UHGV virus genome: UHGV-0213215
Direction: 5' to 3' (one strand)
Length of the DNA stretch: 33,032 bases
Source of the DNA: a virus
The notes beneath the pieces were generated by a model. The model made no database searches. It was given only the letters and a program-made list of their open reading frames with translations, and was not told where the DNA came from. The position numbers and the translations under genes are program-made. Below, piece after piece: positions 23,574 to 33,012 of this stretch (position 1 is the stretch's first letter; each line of letters begins with the position of its first letter).

Positions 23574-23936
23574 TTGAACGTCACCATCGGTCGCAAGTCC
23601 TACGAGATCCCTAGCCTCACAATGGACGTCATGGAGGCCATCGACGGCGTGAGCGACAGCAAGGAGCGCCGCGACACCTTCGAGGGCATGTGGTGCGTGC
23701 TGCTCATGACCATCGGGGAGGACGCGACGCGCGAGGTCGCAAAGGGCGACTGCGTGGGCACGTGCGACCTCATCGCGCTCACGGCCGCCTACTCCCGAGT
23801 CTGCAACGCCTACATGACGCCGCTGGTCAAGGAGCAGGCGTCCGGCATCCGCGAGCAGGTGCGCGAGCTCCAGCCCGCCATCGACGCCATGAGGGTCGCC
23901 ACTTCCGCCCGCAGCGGCTTCTCGCTGGTCAAGTAA
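23574..23936 (+). CDS. tail assembly chaperone
   Basis: AGAGGAG RBS, TTG start; between major tail and gp15-like/TMP genes. Confidence 0.65.
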   Translation: MNVTIGRKSYEIPSLTMDVMEAIDGVSDSKERRDTFEGMWCVLLMTIGEDATREVAKGDCVGTCDLIALTAAYSRVCNAYMTPLVKEQASGIREQVRELQPAIDAMRVATSARSGFSLVK

Positions 23937-24472
23937 TGATTGACCTGCGCCAGGGGGAGCTGCCGACGTCGCTGGTCGTGGGCGGCGAGGCCATCGAGAT
24001 AGACACCGACTTCCGGACGTGGCTGCGGGTGCAGGTGGCCGTGGAGGAGACCGGCGCGATCCCGCCCATCTTCTTCAAGGGCTCCGTTCCCGCCGGTGAC
24101 TGGGGGAGGGCGGCGGCCGAGTTCCTGCGCTCAGACGTGGACACCCCGCACGGCGGGAGCGGCGGCGGCACGCTCGACCTCATCAGGGACGGCGACTACA
24201 TCGTCGGGAGCTTCCAGCAGGCCTACGGCATCGACCTCACGACGGGCGGGATGCACTGGCACAGGTTCCTGGCGCTGCTCCGCTCCCTCCCCGACGGATG
24301 CAAGATGAGCGACATAATGGGCTACAGGGCGTGGAGACCGACGAGGAGGAAGCAGGACGCGATCATGCGCGAGCTGCACAACGCGTGGAGCCTCCCAAGG
24401 ACGAGGCACGACGCGGGCATGGAGGCATGGGCGCGCGAGGCGTTCGGGAAGGTTGAGGTGAGCGATGGCTGA
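23936..24472 (+). CDS. A118 gp15-like tail assembly protein
   Basis: LPTSL.VGG....IDTDFR.WL, D.DYI..SFQQAYGIDL....MHWHRFLALL..L...CKM..IMGYR; TAATG coupling. Confidence 0.85.
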   Translation: MIDLRQGELPTSLVVGGEAIEIDTDFRTWLRVQVAVEETGAIPPIFFKGSVPAGDWGRAAAEFLRSDVDTPHGGSGGGTLDLIRDGDYIVGSFQQAYGIDLTTGGMHWHRFLALLRSLPDGCKMSDIMGYRAWRPTRRKQDAIMRELHNAWSLPRTRHDAGMEAWAREAFGKVEVSDG

Positions 24473-26417
24473 CGGGACCATCACCATCGGCGTCGAGGTC
24501 GACGACGCGGGGCTCGAGTCGAGCGTCACTGGAGCGGCCAAGTCAGCGGGCAAGTCGGCGGGCGACGCCATCGAGTCGGGCGTCGAGTCGGCGGGCAAGT
24601 CCGCGGGCAAGGGCGCGGGCGCGGCCATCGAGTCCGGCGTCGAGGAGGGCGGCAAGAGCGGTGCGGACGGCGCGGGCGCCGCCATCGAGGGACTGGAGGA
24701 CGTCGCCAAGAGGGTCGGCGGCGCGCTGGCGGCCGCGTTCACCGTGTCCGCCATCGGAGACCTCGCGGGCCAGGCGCTCGACGCGTACCAAGAGATGGGC
24801 GCCGGCATGGGCAAGCTCAAGACGGCGGCCGACCAGCTTGGCTACTCGCAGGACGCGGCCAACGGTGGCTTCATGGACTTCGTCGGCATCACGGGCGACG
24901 CGGACACCGCCGTCGAGGCGATGGGCACGACGATGCAGCTGGCGAGGGGCAACACCGAGACGCTCAGCGAGTGGACGCGCATCGCCGCGGGCGTGTACGC
25001 CGAGTTCGGCGACGGTCTGCCAATCGAGGGGCTGACCGAGGCCGCCAACGAGACGGCCAAGGTCGGTCAGGTCACGGGACCGTTCGCCGACGCCCTCAAC
25101 TGGGTGGACCAGTCGCTCATCCAGACGGGCGTGAGCCTCAGCGGAAACGCCGCAGCCACGCAGGCGTACAACGACGCCATCGCGCAGGGCAAGAGCGCCG
25201 AGGACGCATTCAACGCGGCCCTCTCCGCGTGCAGCGACGAGAGCGAGAGGTCCGCGCTCATCACGTCGACGATGAGCGCGGCGTACGACAGCGCCGGGGA
25301 CAGCTACCGCGAGAACAACAGCGCGCTCATCGAGCTGAACCAGGCGCAGGCCGAGAACCAGCAGAAGATGGCCGAGCTCGGCGAGGCGCTTGCGCCGGTG
25401 CAGACGGCGTTCACCGACCTGCAGACGGCGGCGGTGGACATCGCCATCCAGCTGGCGCAGGTGCTCCAGCCCGCGGCGCAGTGGTTCGTGGACAACCTGC
25501 CGGTCGTCGCGCCGGTCATCGCGGGGCTCGCAGCGAGCATCGCGGCCATCGCCCTCGCGGTCAACGCCTCGGCAATCGCCACCGGGCTCCAGACGGCGGC
25601 GACGACGGCATGGAGCACGGCGCAGGGAGTCCTGAACGCAGTCATGGGCGCGAACCCGTTCGCCCTGGTGGCCGCGCTCATCGTCGGCCTGGTGGCCGCG
25701 TTCATGGTGGCGTGGAACAGCTCGGAGGAGTTCCGGAACGTCGTAACGGGCGTCTTCAACGCGGTTGCTGGCGTGGTCTCGGGCGTCGTGAGCGCCATCG
25801 TCGGCTTCTTCACCGGCACCGTTCCGGGAGCCATCGGCACGATGCTCGGCGTCGTGTCGGGAATCCCCGGCGCCATCGGAGGCTTCCTCTCGTCGGCGCT
25901 GGGAGCGGTCGGGTCGTTCGTCGGCAGCTTCGCGTCCAAGGCGGCCAGCGGCGCGCGCAGCTTCGTGAGCAACATCGTCAGCGGCCTGTCGGGCCTCGCC
26001 GGCAGGGTGGCGAACGTCGGCCACAACATCGTCTCGGGCATCTGGAACGGCATCAGCGGCGCGGCAGGGTGGCTGTACAACAAGATCAGCGGCTTCGCGA
26101 GCAACGTCGTCAGCAACATCAAGGGCTTCTTCGGCATCCACTCGCCGTCAAGGGTCATGAGGGACGAGGTCGGCAAGTACCTCGCCAAGGGAATCGCCGT
26201 CGGGTTCGACGAAAACAGCCCGCTCGACAGCATTCAGGCAAGCCTGTCGGCCGGCATGCGGTCGTTCGACCTCACGGCGTCAATCGGCGAGCAGGCGTCG
26301 GGGGCGCAGCCCGTGGCGCAGACCATCAACTTCAACACGCCCGTCGCGACGCCCGACGTCATCGCGAGGCAGATGAGGAACATCAACTACTACGGACTGG
26401 CGGGAGCAAGGCAATGA
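24465..26417 (+). CDS. tape measure protein
   Basis: MADGTITI start, EGLTEAANET, ANPF.LV, W/F-spaced Ala/Gly repeats, FGIHSPSRVM. Confidence 0.93.
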   Translation: MADGTITIGVEVDDAGLESSVTGAAKSAGKSAGDAIESGVESAGKSAGKGAGAAIESGVEEGGKSGADGAGAAIEGLEDVAKRVGGALAAAFTVSAIGDLAGQALDAYQEMGAGMGKLKTAADQLGYSQDAANGGFMDFVGITGDADTAVEAMGTTMQLARGNTETLSEWTRIAAGVYAEFGDGLPIEGLTEAANETAKVGQVTGPFADALNWVDQSLIQTGVSLSGNAAATQAYNDAIAQGKSAEDAFNAALSACSDESERSALITSTMSAAYDSAGDSYRENNSALIELNQAQAENQQKMAELGEALAPVQTAFTDLQTAAVDIAIQLAQVLQPAAQWFVDNLPVVAPVIAGLAASIAAIALAVNASAIATGLQTAATTAWSTAQGVLNAVMGANPFALVAALIVGLVAAFMVAWNSSEEFRNVVTGVFNAVAGVVSGVVSAIVGFFTGTVPGAIGTMLGVVSGIPGAIGGFLSSALGAVGSFVGSFASKAASGARSFVSNIVSGLSGLAGRVANVGHNIVSGIWNGISGAAGWLYNKISGFASNVVSNIKGFFGIHSPSRVMRDEVGKYLAKGIAVGFDENSPLDSIQASLSAGMRSFDLTASIGEQASGAQPVAQTINFNTPVATPDVIARQMRNINYYGLAGARQ

Positions 26418-27430
26418 GCGACCTCAGGCACCTGCGCGTCGAGCTGTTCGACACGCACCGTTCTTACGCTGTGGACATAATGTCTGGCGGGTGGGCCATC
26501 GGTGACGACAGATGGGGGCTCCCGCACCTCGAGGCTGGCGGGAAGGCCCCGGCGCTCGCCATCCTCGGCTACGGCACAGATTGGCAGATAGAGGACTCGT
26601 TCCTCGACGACATCGCCGGTTGCGACGCGTCGGTCAAGTTCAGCGAGTACGCCACGGCCAACGGCGGCGAGCTCTCCGCGTACCGGTTCGGCCAGGCCGA
26701 CAGGACGCTGAGGGCTACCTACATCGGCAGGGACGCGAGCGGCGCGCTCGGCACGATTCGCGCCCTCGCCGGCGCCGGCATCGGAGCCGTCAAGCTATGC
26801 CGCCTCGTCGTCGACGACGACCCCGAGAGCTGGCGCTACTTCCAGTTCTATGTCAAGTCGGTGTCGACCTCGACGGGCAAGACCGGCGTCCCGTCGCTCT
26901 CCCTGATGATGGGATGCCCGAACCCGCTCATGTACTCGGTCAGGACGTCGAGCGAGACCAAGAGCGTCGCCATCGGCGATAAGAAGTGCTCCTATGACGT
27001 CTACACGCGTGCGCGGCTAGACAAGAGCGCACTCTATGGCACGGCGGACGTCACGCTGTCGTTCGACCTGCCGCGCGACGTGGGCAAGGCCGACATCAGC
27101 GGCGCCGCCATCACCGTCAACAGCGGCGGCGGCAAGGTGGCGAGTGCAAGCGTCAAGGCCCCATCATCCAAGGACTGGCCGTTCTCGTACTCGTTCGGGA
27201 TGCACGCCGCGTCGCTCCCCTGCTACATGTACGAGGCCGTCAACACGAACGTGTACAAGGTCGTCCCCGGCATCATGGCGTCGGTCGGGGACTTCGTGCC
27301 GTTCCCGACGGTGCAGTCCGTCGCCGCCAGCGCGAAATGCTCGGTCGCCCTCGACAGCGCCAGCGCGCAGACGGGTATCGCGTTCACGCTGGGCATCAGG
27401 TGGTACCAGTGGTATACGGGGGTGCTTTAG
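26414..27430 (+). CDS. putative distal tail (Dit) protein
   Basis: ATGA coupling to TMP; CPNP.MYS pattern; position. Confidence 0.6.
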   Translation: MSDLRHLRVELFDTHRSYAVDIMSGGWAIGDDRWGLPHLEAGGKAPALAILGYGTDWQIEDSFLDDIAGCDASVKFSEYATANGGELSAYRFGQADRTLRATYIGRDASGALGTIRALAGAGIGAVKLCRLVVDDDPESWRYFQFYVKSVSTSTGKTGVPSLSLMMGCPNPLMYSVRTSSETKSVAIGDKKCSYDVYTRARLDKSALYGTADVTLSFDLPRDVGKADISGAAITVNSGGGKVASASVKAPSSKDWPFSYSFGMHAASLPCYMYEAVNTNVYKVVPGIMASVGDFVPFPTVQSVAASAKCSVALDSASAQTGIAFTLGIRWYQWYTGVL

Positions 27431-27431
27431 C

Positions 27432-28646
27432 ATGAGCGCGAGCGGCACGCTGACGATGTTCAAGATAAGGGACGACATGTCGCTCGGCAGGTACACGAAC
27501 GACGTGGCCGTCGCTTCCGTGCCCGTCGTCAACGGCACGTGGGAGGAGTGCTGGAACGCGGTCGGCGAGTGGCAGGCGACCATCTCGCTCGCAGACGCCG
27601 CAGTTGCGCAGGTCGTCGGCGAGATCCACGCGTCAGTCGGAGCCGGCACCATCGAGTACTTCGCCGTCATCGACAAGGGGGACGTGACCTCGTGGGAAGA
27701 CTTCGCATCTCGGTGGCCCGTCGGGATGGTGCAGGCGCTCTCGTTCGACGAGGACGCGGGGACGGTGCAGCTGAGCGGCCTCATGCTCGAGCAGTTCTTC
27801 AACTACTGCGTCATGGAGACACCGTACAACACGCACACGTTAGGCATCGTCGTTAACGAGTCGCTGTACGGGATCATCGACAGCGCGGTCGGCAGCCTCT
27901 TGCCCGAGATCGAGAAGAAAGGCCTCTACCGCGCGAAAGTCCCAGAAAGCTTCCCATGGGGAAAAAGCAAGTTCATCACGATGCCAGCCTACGGGGATTA
28001 CTCGGATCATCCGTCGCACGGCAGCCCGTCGCACGACATGGGCGTTGCCGGAGACTTCATCTTCAAGGAGGCGCAGTCGACCAACGAGGGGCTGCGCCTG
28101 CTGTTCGACACGACGCACGCGTACGAAGGCGCGCTGAAAGCCAGGGTGCTGAACAGCAGGGACCGCACGTCGGTCGTCCTCACCGACAGGCTGGGCACGC
28201 TGAGGGGCGGGACGTACGACGTCGACTCGAGCGACGCGTGCACCCACGTCGTGGCTTTCGCCAAGTACGCAGACCAGTCGGACCACTTCTGGGCGGTGGA
28301 GAACCCGGCGGCTAGCGCGGCCCAGAGGCCGACCCGCTACACGTGCTCGACGATCAGCACGCAGCAGGGCATGAGCGACGCGCAGGTCGCGACCGCGGCG
28401 CAGTCATACGGCGCGCTCAGGGGCTACGACCACCGCGTCAACAGGAGCGTCGACGCTACGGTCGTCCTGAGCAGGGACGTCCGCTCGCTGGTCGACGTCG
28501 GGGACGTGGTGAGCCTCGAGGTGTGCGGCCAGAGGCTCACGGCGCTCGTCTCGAGAATGACGTACGTGTGGAAGAATGGTGGCATGGAGGTCCGGGCGAC
28601 GCTCGGCAACGAGCGCCTGTCGAACATCCAGAAGGCACTCGGTTAG
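27432..28646 (+). CDS. putative baseplate hub / Tal-like minor tail protein
   Basis: W.ECWNAVGEWQ start, VDVGDVVSLE..G......V...TY.W......V..TLGNE end; position. Confidence 0.65.
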   Translation: MSASGTLTMFKIRDDMSLGRYTNDVAVASVPVVNGTWEECWNAVGEWQATISLADAAVAQVVGEIHASVGAGTIEYFAVIDKGDVTSWEDFASRWPVGMVQALSFDEDAGTVQLSGLMLEQFFNYCVMETPYNTHTLGIVVNESLYGIIDSAVGSLLPEIEKKGLYRAKVPESFPWGKSKFITMPAYGDYSDHPSHGSPSHDMGVAGDFIFKEAQSTNEGLRLLFDTTHAYEGALKARVLNSRDRTSVVLTDRLGTLRGGTYDVDSSDACTHVVAFAKYADQSDHFWAVENPAASAAQRPTRYTCSTISTQQGMSDAQVATAAQSYGALRGYDHRVNRSVDATVVLSRDVRSLVDVGDVVSLEVCGQRLTALVSRMTYVWKNGGMEVRATLGNERLSNIQKALG

Positions 28647-28654
28647 GAGGAAGT

Positions 28655-31597
28655 TTGAGACTCGAATCGTTCCCGCAGGACAGCAAGGTGAGCTACGACG
28701 GCACGACCCCCGTGTACGACCGGCTCTATACGTCGGCGCAGCTCAGGGCGTTCCTGCGGACGGTGGTGTCGTCGGGCGTCGACGGCTTCGAGGTGACGCC
28801 CGACGGTGACGGCGTGCAGGTGGCGGCCGGAGAGGCCGCGGTGGCCGGCGCGCTGGTCACGTTCGGCGGCGGAAGGCTCGACGTCCCAGAGGGCGTCGGA
28901 ACCGTAAGGCTCAGGCTCGACGAGGACGCGCGCGCCGTCGTCCTCGAGGCCGTGGCCGGAACCGTCGCGCCCGAGCGCGAGGGCGGCCTGTACGACCTCA
29001 TCGTTGCCAGGACGAGCCGCGACGGGTCCGTCGCCGTCACGGACACGAGGGGCGACGCGGGCCTCTGCGGCCAGCTCAGGGCGCGCCACCCGATGGAGGT
29101 CCCGGCGGCCACGGACGGACAGCTCGGTGGCATCAGGACGGGCGGCAACGTCACCGTCGACGGGCGGGGCGTGGCGTCCGTGGACCTGTCGTCGCTCGAG
29201 ACGAAGGCCGACGCCAAGGCGTCGCGCGACGCGCTCGCGTCCCGCATCGACGCCGAGGCCGCGGCAAGGGGCGAGGCCATCGGCTCCGAGGCCGACGCGA
29301 GGACCGCAGCCGACGCAAGCGAGGCCAGCGAGCGCAAGGCGGCGGACGCGGCGCTCGCGGAGGCGTACAAGGCCGCGGACGCCGCCGTGGCCCAGTCGGT
29401 CGCGGACGAGGCAGCCCGTGCCAAGAAGGCCGAGGCTGACAACGCCGAAGCCATCAGGGCGGAGGCCGCGCGTGCCGCAGAGGCCGAGCAGGCCAACGCG
29501 GGCGCCATCTCGTCCGAGTCCGCTCGAGCCAAGGCGGCGGAGTCGGCCAACTCGAAGGCGGTCTCCGACGAGGCCAAGGCGCGGGAGTCGGCCGACGATG
29601 GCATGAGGTCCAGCATCGACACCGTGGCTGGCAACCTCGCCGCCGAGACGGCCCGAGCTACCAAGGCCGAGGACGCCGCCACGACCGACCGCGCCGCCAT
29701 CCGCGCCGAGTTCGTGGACGCGGACAATGCGGAGGCCACACGCGCGAAGGCCGCCGAGAAGGCCAACGCCGACGCCGTCAAGGCCGAGGCGGCGACCGCC
29801 CGCGCGGCCGAGAAGAAGAGCGCGGACGCCGTCACGGCGGAGGCCAAGGCCCGCAAGGACGCCGACGCGGCGCTCGAGGCTGCCTACAAGGCCGCGGACG
29901 TCAGGCTGGCCCAGTCCGTCACGGACGAGGCGAACACGCGCTCCAAGGCCGTCACGGGCCTGCAGGGAGGCATCGACGCCGAGGCTACAAGAGCCAAGGC
30001 GGCGGAGGCCGCCAACGCCAAGGCCGTCACGGACGAGGCCCAGGCGAGGGCCGACGCCGACGCGGCGCTCTCCGCCACGGCGAAGGGGCTGCGCACGGAC
30101 GTCGACGCGGCCACCAAGGCGCTCGCGGGCAAGCCCGACAGCAACCAGACGCTGGCGCGGTACGTTCTAGAGATGGAGCAGAACGTCGGTAGGCCCTGGC
30201 TTAGGCTCGGCACGCTGGTGACGTCTGGTGACGCGTCATGCATAACGTTCCACGTTCTCTCCGGCAAGTCGTACAACGGACTGCCGGCCGACAACTCGGA
30301 GTTCTGGGTCTACGTCAGGGACGGCAACCATGGCAAGCTTGGAACGACGGTCGACCTCGGAGCCAACTGCGAGGGCGTGGACGTCCGCGTCTTCGCCACG
30401 GACGAGACCACTGCCGACATCTGGGTCCGCCTCCCGTGGGACTGGCCGATGGGCGTCTACACCGTCTCTGGGCTCTACAGGTCTTGGACCCCGAACACGT
30501 CCCACGACAACCAGGCCGAGGAGCCGAACCCAGATGGACAGGCGCGGCAGGAAGTGGCGATTCGCACCATCGCAACGACCGCTGACGTTGAAGCCGTCGC
30601 GCTCAAGGTGTTCACGTCAACGGCAAGACTGAACGTAATGGACAAGGACCTCACGTATGACATGGTCAAGGACTCGTTCGACCACTCCATCGTCATCGTG
30701 AACCAGCTTCACCTCGTGCCGTTCTGGAACGACGGAAAGACCGTGGCGACCTACACTGGCAACCGCGAGAACTCGAGCGGCCACGTGTACGTGACCATCA
30801 GAAGCGACGGCGCGAGATACGGGGAGTCGTTCCCTAAGTGGTCTGAGGTCACAAACAAGCCGTTCTCGACCATCGGCGACGGGTTGGCCGTGGAAGACGG
30901 AGCGCTCACGGCTGGCGGCGGATGGTACGTCATAACGGTCGACTCATATTCCGGGGCGCTGTCATCGGACGAGTTGGCCCAGCTCAAGTCGCATTGGCCG
31001 AACGTCATGGTCAGCATCTCAGGCGTCAACATGCTGCTCCCGAAGCAAGACATCGGCAGCGCTTATATATTCTCGTCGGTCTTGCCATCCAACAACACGA
31101 CCGGTAATGCCGTCGGAATAAACGTCAACAAGAAGACCGGTGCATGCAGCAACGGCGATACCCGCTTAAGCGCGTCGTGGAACGACGTGACTGGAAGGCC
31201 GTTCTGGACCATCGGCAGCGGCCTCGCGGTGGAAAAGTCGGCGGGAAAGAAGGAGCTCACGGTCGACGTCCGCGCCATCGCGTGGGGCTGCGCGTCCGCG
31301 TCCCTCACGAAGCCACGCGCCGAGTTCGTCGGGACGGTTGACGGCTTCGGCTGCCTGACCGCCCACGGAACGCTCTCGAGCGGTCTCGCCAAGAGCGCCA
31401 GCGCGACCATCACCATCACGCCTCCGACCGGGACGCTCAACTCGTTCAACGAGCCGCGCTGCAAGGCCGTCACCCCGACGGGAAAGATCGTCGCGCTGGG
31501 GGTGTCGGTCGACGCGACGTCCGCGAAGTGCGAGCTCAAGGTAACGGCCTACGAGGAGCTGGCGGCCGGGACCGTCGTCGTCGTCCGCCTGCTATGA
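28655..31597 (+). CDS. tail fibre / receptor-binding protein with long Ala-rich coiled-coil stalk
   Basis: AGGAGG RBS, TTG start; N-terminal anchor (FP.DS..YDR.Y, VTDTRGD..LCG), LGGI+.G.N.TVD, ~18-aa EAARAKAAE..NA.AV repeats, modular C-terminus. Confidence 0.85.
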   Translation: MRLESFPQDSKVSYDGTTPVYDRLYTSAQLRAFLRTVVSSGVDGFEVTPDGDGVQVAAGEAAVAGALVTFGGGRLDVPEGVGTVRLRLDEDARAVVLEAVAGTVAPEREGGLYDLIVARTSRDGSVAVTDTRGDAGLCGQLRARHPMEVPAATDGQLGGIRTGGNVTVDGRGVASVDLSSLETKADAKASRDALASRIDAEAAARGEAIGSEADARTAADASEASERKAADAALAEAYKAADAAVAQSVADEAARAKKAEADNAEAIRAEAARAAEAEQANAGAISSESARAKAAESANSKAVSDEAKARESADDGMRSSIDTVAGNLAAETARATKAEDAATTDRAAIRAEFVDADNAEATRAKAAEKANADAVKAEAATARAAEKKSADAVTAEAKARKDADAALEAAYKAADVRLAQSVTDEANTRSKAVTGLQGGIDAEATRAKAAEAANAKAVTDEAQARADADAALSATAKGLRTDVDAATKALAGKPDSNQTLARYVLEMEQNVGRPWLRLGTLVTSGDASCITFHVLSGKSYNGLPADNSEFWVYVRDGNHGKLGTTVDLGANCEGVDVRVFATDETTADIWVRLPWDWPMGVYTVSGLYRSWTPNTSHDNQAEEPNPDGQARQEVAIRTIATTADVEAVALKVFTSTARLNVMDKDLTYDMVKDSFDHSIVIVNQLHLVPFWNDGKTVATYTGNRENSSGHVYVTIRSDGARYGESFPKWSEVTNKPFSTIGDGLAVEDGALTAGGGWYVITVDSYSGALSSDELAQLKSHWPNVMVSISGVNMLLPKQDIGSAYIFSSVLPSNNTTGNAVGINVNKKTGACSNGDTRLSASWNDVTGRPFWTIGSGLAVEKSAGKKELTVDVRAIAWGCASASLTKPRAEFVGTVDGFGCLTAHGTLSSGLAKSASATITITPPTGTLNSFNEPRCKAVTPTGKIVALGVSVDATSAKCELKVTAYEELAAGTVVVVRLL

Positions 31598-31650
31598 TCG
31601 TCAAGACGAGTCCGGCGGACATCGCATCAGGGCCAGAAGGGGCGTGACGA

Positions 31651-31932
31651 GTGGACGAGATAGACAAGCGCGTATCCATTCTCGAGGAGGCCATCGAGCG
31701 CCACGAGGAGCGCATCTCTGCGCACGGCAAGGAGATAGACACGCTGAGGATGAACCGCGAGCACGACAGCGTGGTGCTGGCCCAGGTCAACAGCACGTGC
31801 CTCGACATCAAACAGCGTCTCGACGCGATGGAGAAGAAGCCTGCCACGAGGTGGGAGAGCATGACGTCTGCGGTCGTGAATGCCATCGCGCTCGCGGTCC
31901 TCGCCTACGTCCTCGCGCACGTCGGCCTGTGA
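31651..31932 (+). CDS. coiled-coil + C-terminal TM protein (XhlA-like / holin-associated)
   Basis: Heptad region, KPATRWE, then hydrophobic C-terminal helix; upstream of holin. Confidence 0.65.
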   Translation: MDEIDKRVSILEEAIERHEERISAHGKEIDTLRMNREHDSVVLAQVNSTCLDIKQRLDAMEKKPATRWESMTSAVVNAIALAVLAYVLAHVGL

Positions 31933-31971
31933 ACGGCATATAATCCAAGCTGACGGATGAAGGGAGCAGCA

Positions 31972-32193
31972 ATGGACTACATCATCCCGGACAAGGTCTA
32001 TGACATCGTCAAGTGGGTCGGACTCATCCTCCTCCCCGCGCTCGCGACGCTCGTTGGCACCGTGGGAATCGCAGCGGGCTGGCAGTACACCGACCTGACA
32101 GTAACGGTCATCACGGCGCTCGGGACGTTCGTCGGCGCGCTCGTGGGAGCCTCCAGCGCCTGCGCCAAGAAGTCGCAGGGCGGCGAGAAGTAA
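31972..32193 (+). CDS. holin (Dp-1-like, two TM helices)
   Basis: IPDKVYDIVKWVGLILLPALATL...ITALGTFVGALVGAS; AGGGAG RBS; TAATG coupling to endolysin. Confidence 0.88.
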   Translation: MDYIIPDKVYDIVKWVGLILLPALATLVGTVGIAAGWQYTDLTVTVITALGTFVGALVGASSACAKKSQGGEK

Positions 32194-33011
32194 TGGCCGG
32201 ACTGTTCGTGATATGCGGCCACGGCGCGGGAGACCCCGGCGCGGACGGAGGCGGATACACCGAGGCCGAGCGCGTCCGCGCACTGGGACGTCGCATCAAG
32301 GAGCTCGGCGGCGACGCCGTGGAGCTTGGCGACACGTCGCGCAACTGGTATGCCGACGGCGGCCTGAACAGCCTGAGCACCGACAAGCCCGTGGTCGAGC
32401 TGCACATGGACGCCTCGGGAGTACCGGGTGCCAAGGGCGCCCACGTCATCATCAAGAGGGGCTTCGAGCCCGACGCCTACGACAAGGCGCTGGCGGCCAG
32501 GCTCTCGGCGATGATGCCGGGCCGCGCCGAGACCATCGTGGGCCGCTCGGACCTCGCGAACCCGAACCGCGCCGCACGCCGAGGCATCAACTACCGCCTC
32601 GCCGAGAACGGCTTCATCGACAGCCCCGCCGACCTGAGCTACTTCAACTCCCACCTCGACGACATCGCCCGCGCCTACCTCGCGGCCTTCGGCATCACCG
32701 AGGCAGTCGGCGGAAGCGACAGCAACACTTCCGACGGTGGCGGCGCCACCGAGGGTCACGGTTTCGCGGGGGGCACCTACCGCTGCACGGTGGACAAGCT
32801 GAACGTGAGGGATGCCCCGAGCCTGTCGGGCTCGGTCGTAGCGTCATACCGCAAGGGCCAGACGGTCGTGCTTGACAGCTGGTACTCGGTTGCAGATGGA
32901 TGGGTGTGGGGACGCTACACCGGAGCGAGCTCCGGACGCAAGCGCTACGTCGCCGTCGGAAAGCCGACGGGCGGTCCCGCGTCTGACGACTACCTCGTGC
33001 GGGTAGGCTAA
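32193..33011 (+). CDS. endolysin: N-acetylmuramoyl-L-alanine amidase (Amidase_3-type) + SH3 cell-wall-binding domain
   Basis: GHG..DPGA....TE, ELHMDA, LAENGFID Zn/catalytic residues; Gly/Ser linker; LNVRDAPSL...Y..GQTV...DGWVWGRY...SG..RYVA. Confidence 0.92.
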   Translation: MAGLFVICGHGAGDPGADGGGYTEAERVRALGRRIKELGGDAVELGDTSRNWYADGGLNSLSTDKPVVELHMDASGVPGAKGAHVIIKRGFEPDAYDKALAARLSAMMPGRAETIVGRSDLANPNRAARRGINYRLAENGFIDSPADLSYFNSHLDDIARAYLAAFGITEAVGGSDSNTSDGGGATEGHGFAGGTYRCTVDKLNVRDAPSLSGSVVASYRKGQTVVLDSWYSVADGWVWGRYTGASSGRKRYVAVGKPTGGPASDDYLVRVG

Positions 33012-33012
33012 C

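Noticed and set aside
23900..23940. Lambda G/GT-type -1 frameshift in the tail assembly chaperone
   Set aside because: No slippery heptamer seen near the stop; the downstream gp15-like gene has its own ATG coupled by TAATG
19629..29856. Long minus-strand ORFs (19629-21173, 24543-26141, 25304-26233, 28726-29856 and similar)
   Set aside because: Antisense shadows of strongly codon-biased structural genes, with no RBS or motifs
28655..31597. Diversity-generating retroelement or invertible tail-fibre system
   Set aside because: No reverse transcriptase or invertase; the duplicated motif differs at all base types, not only adenines; no inverted cassette
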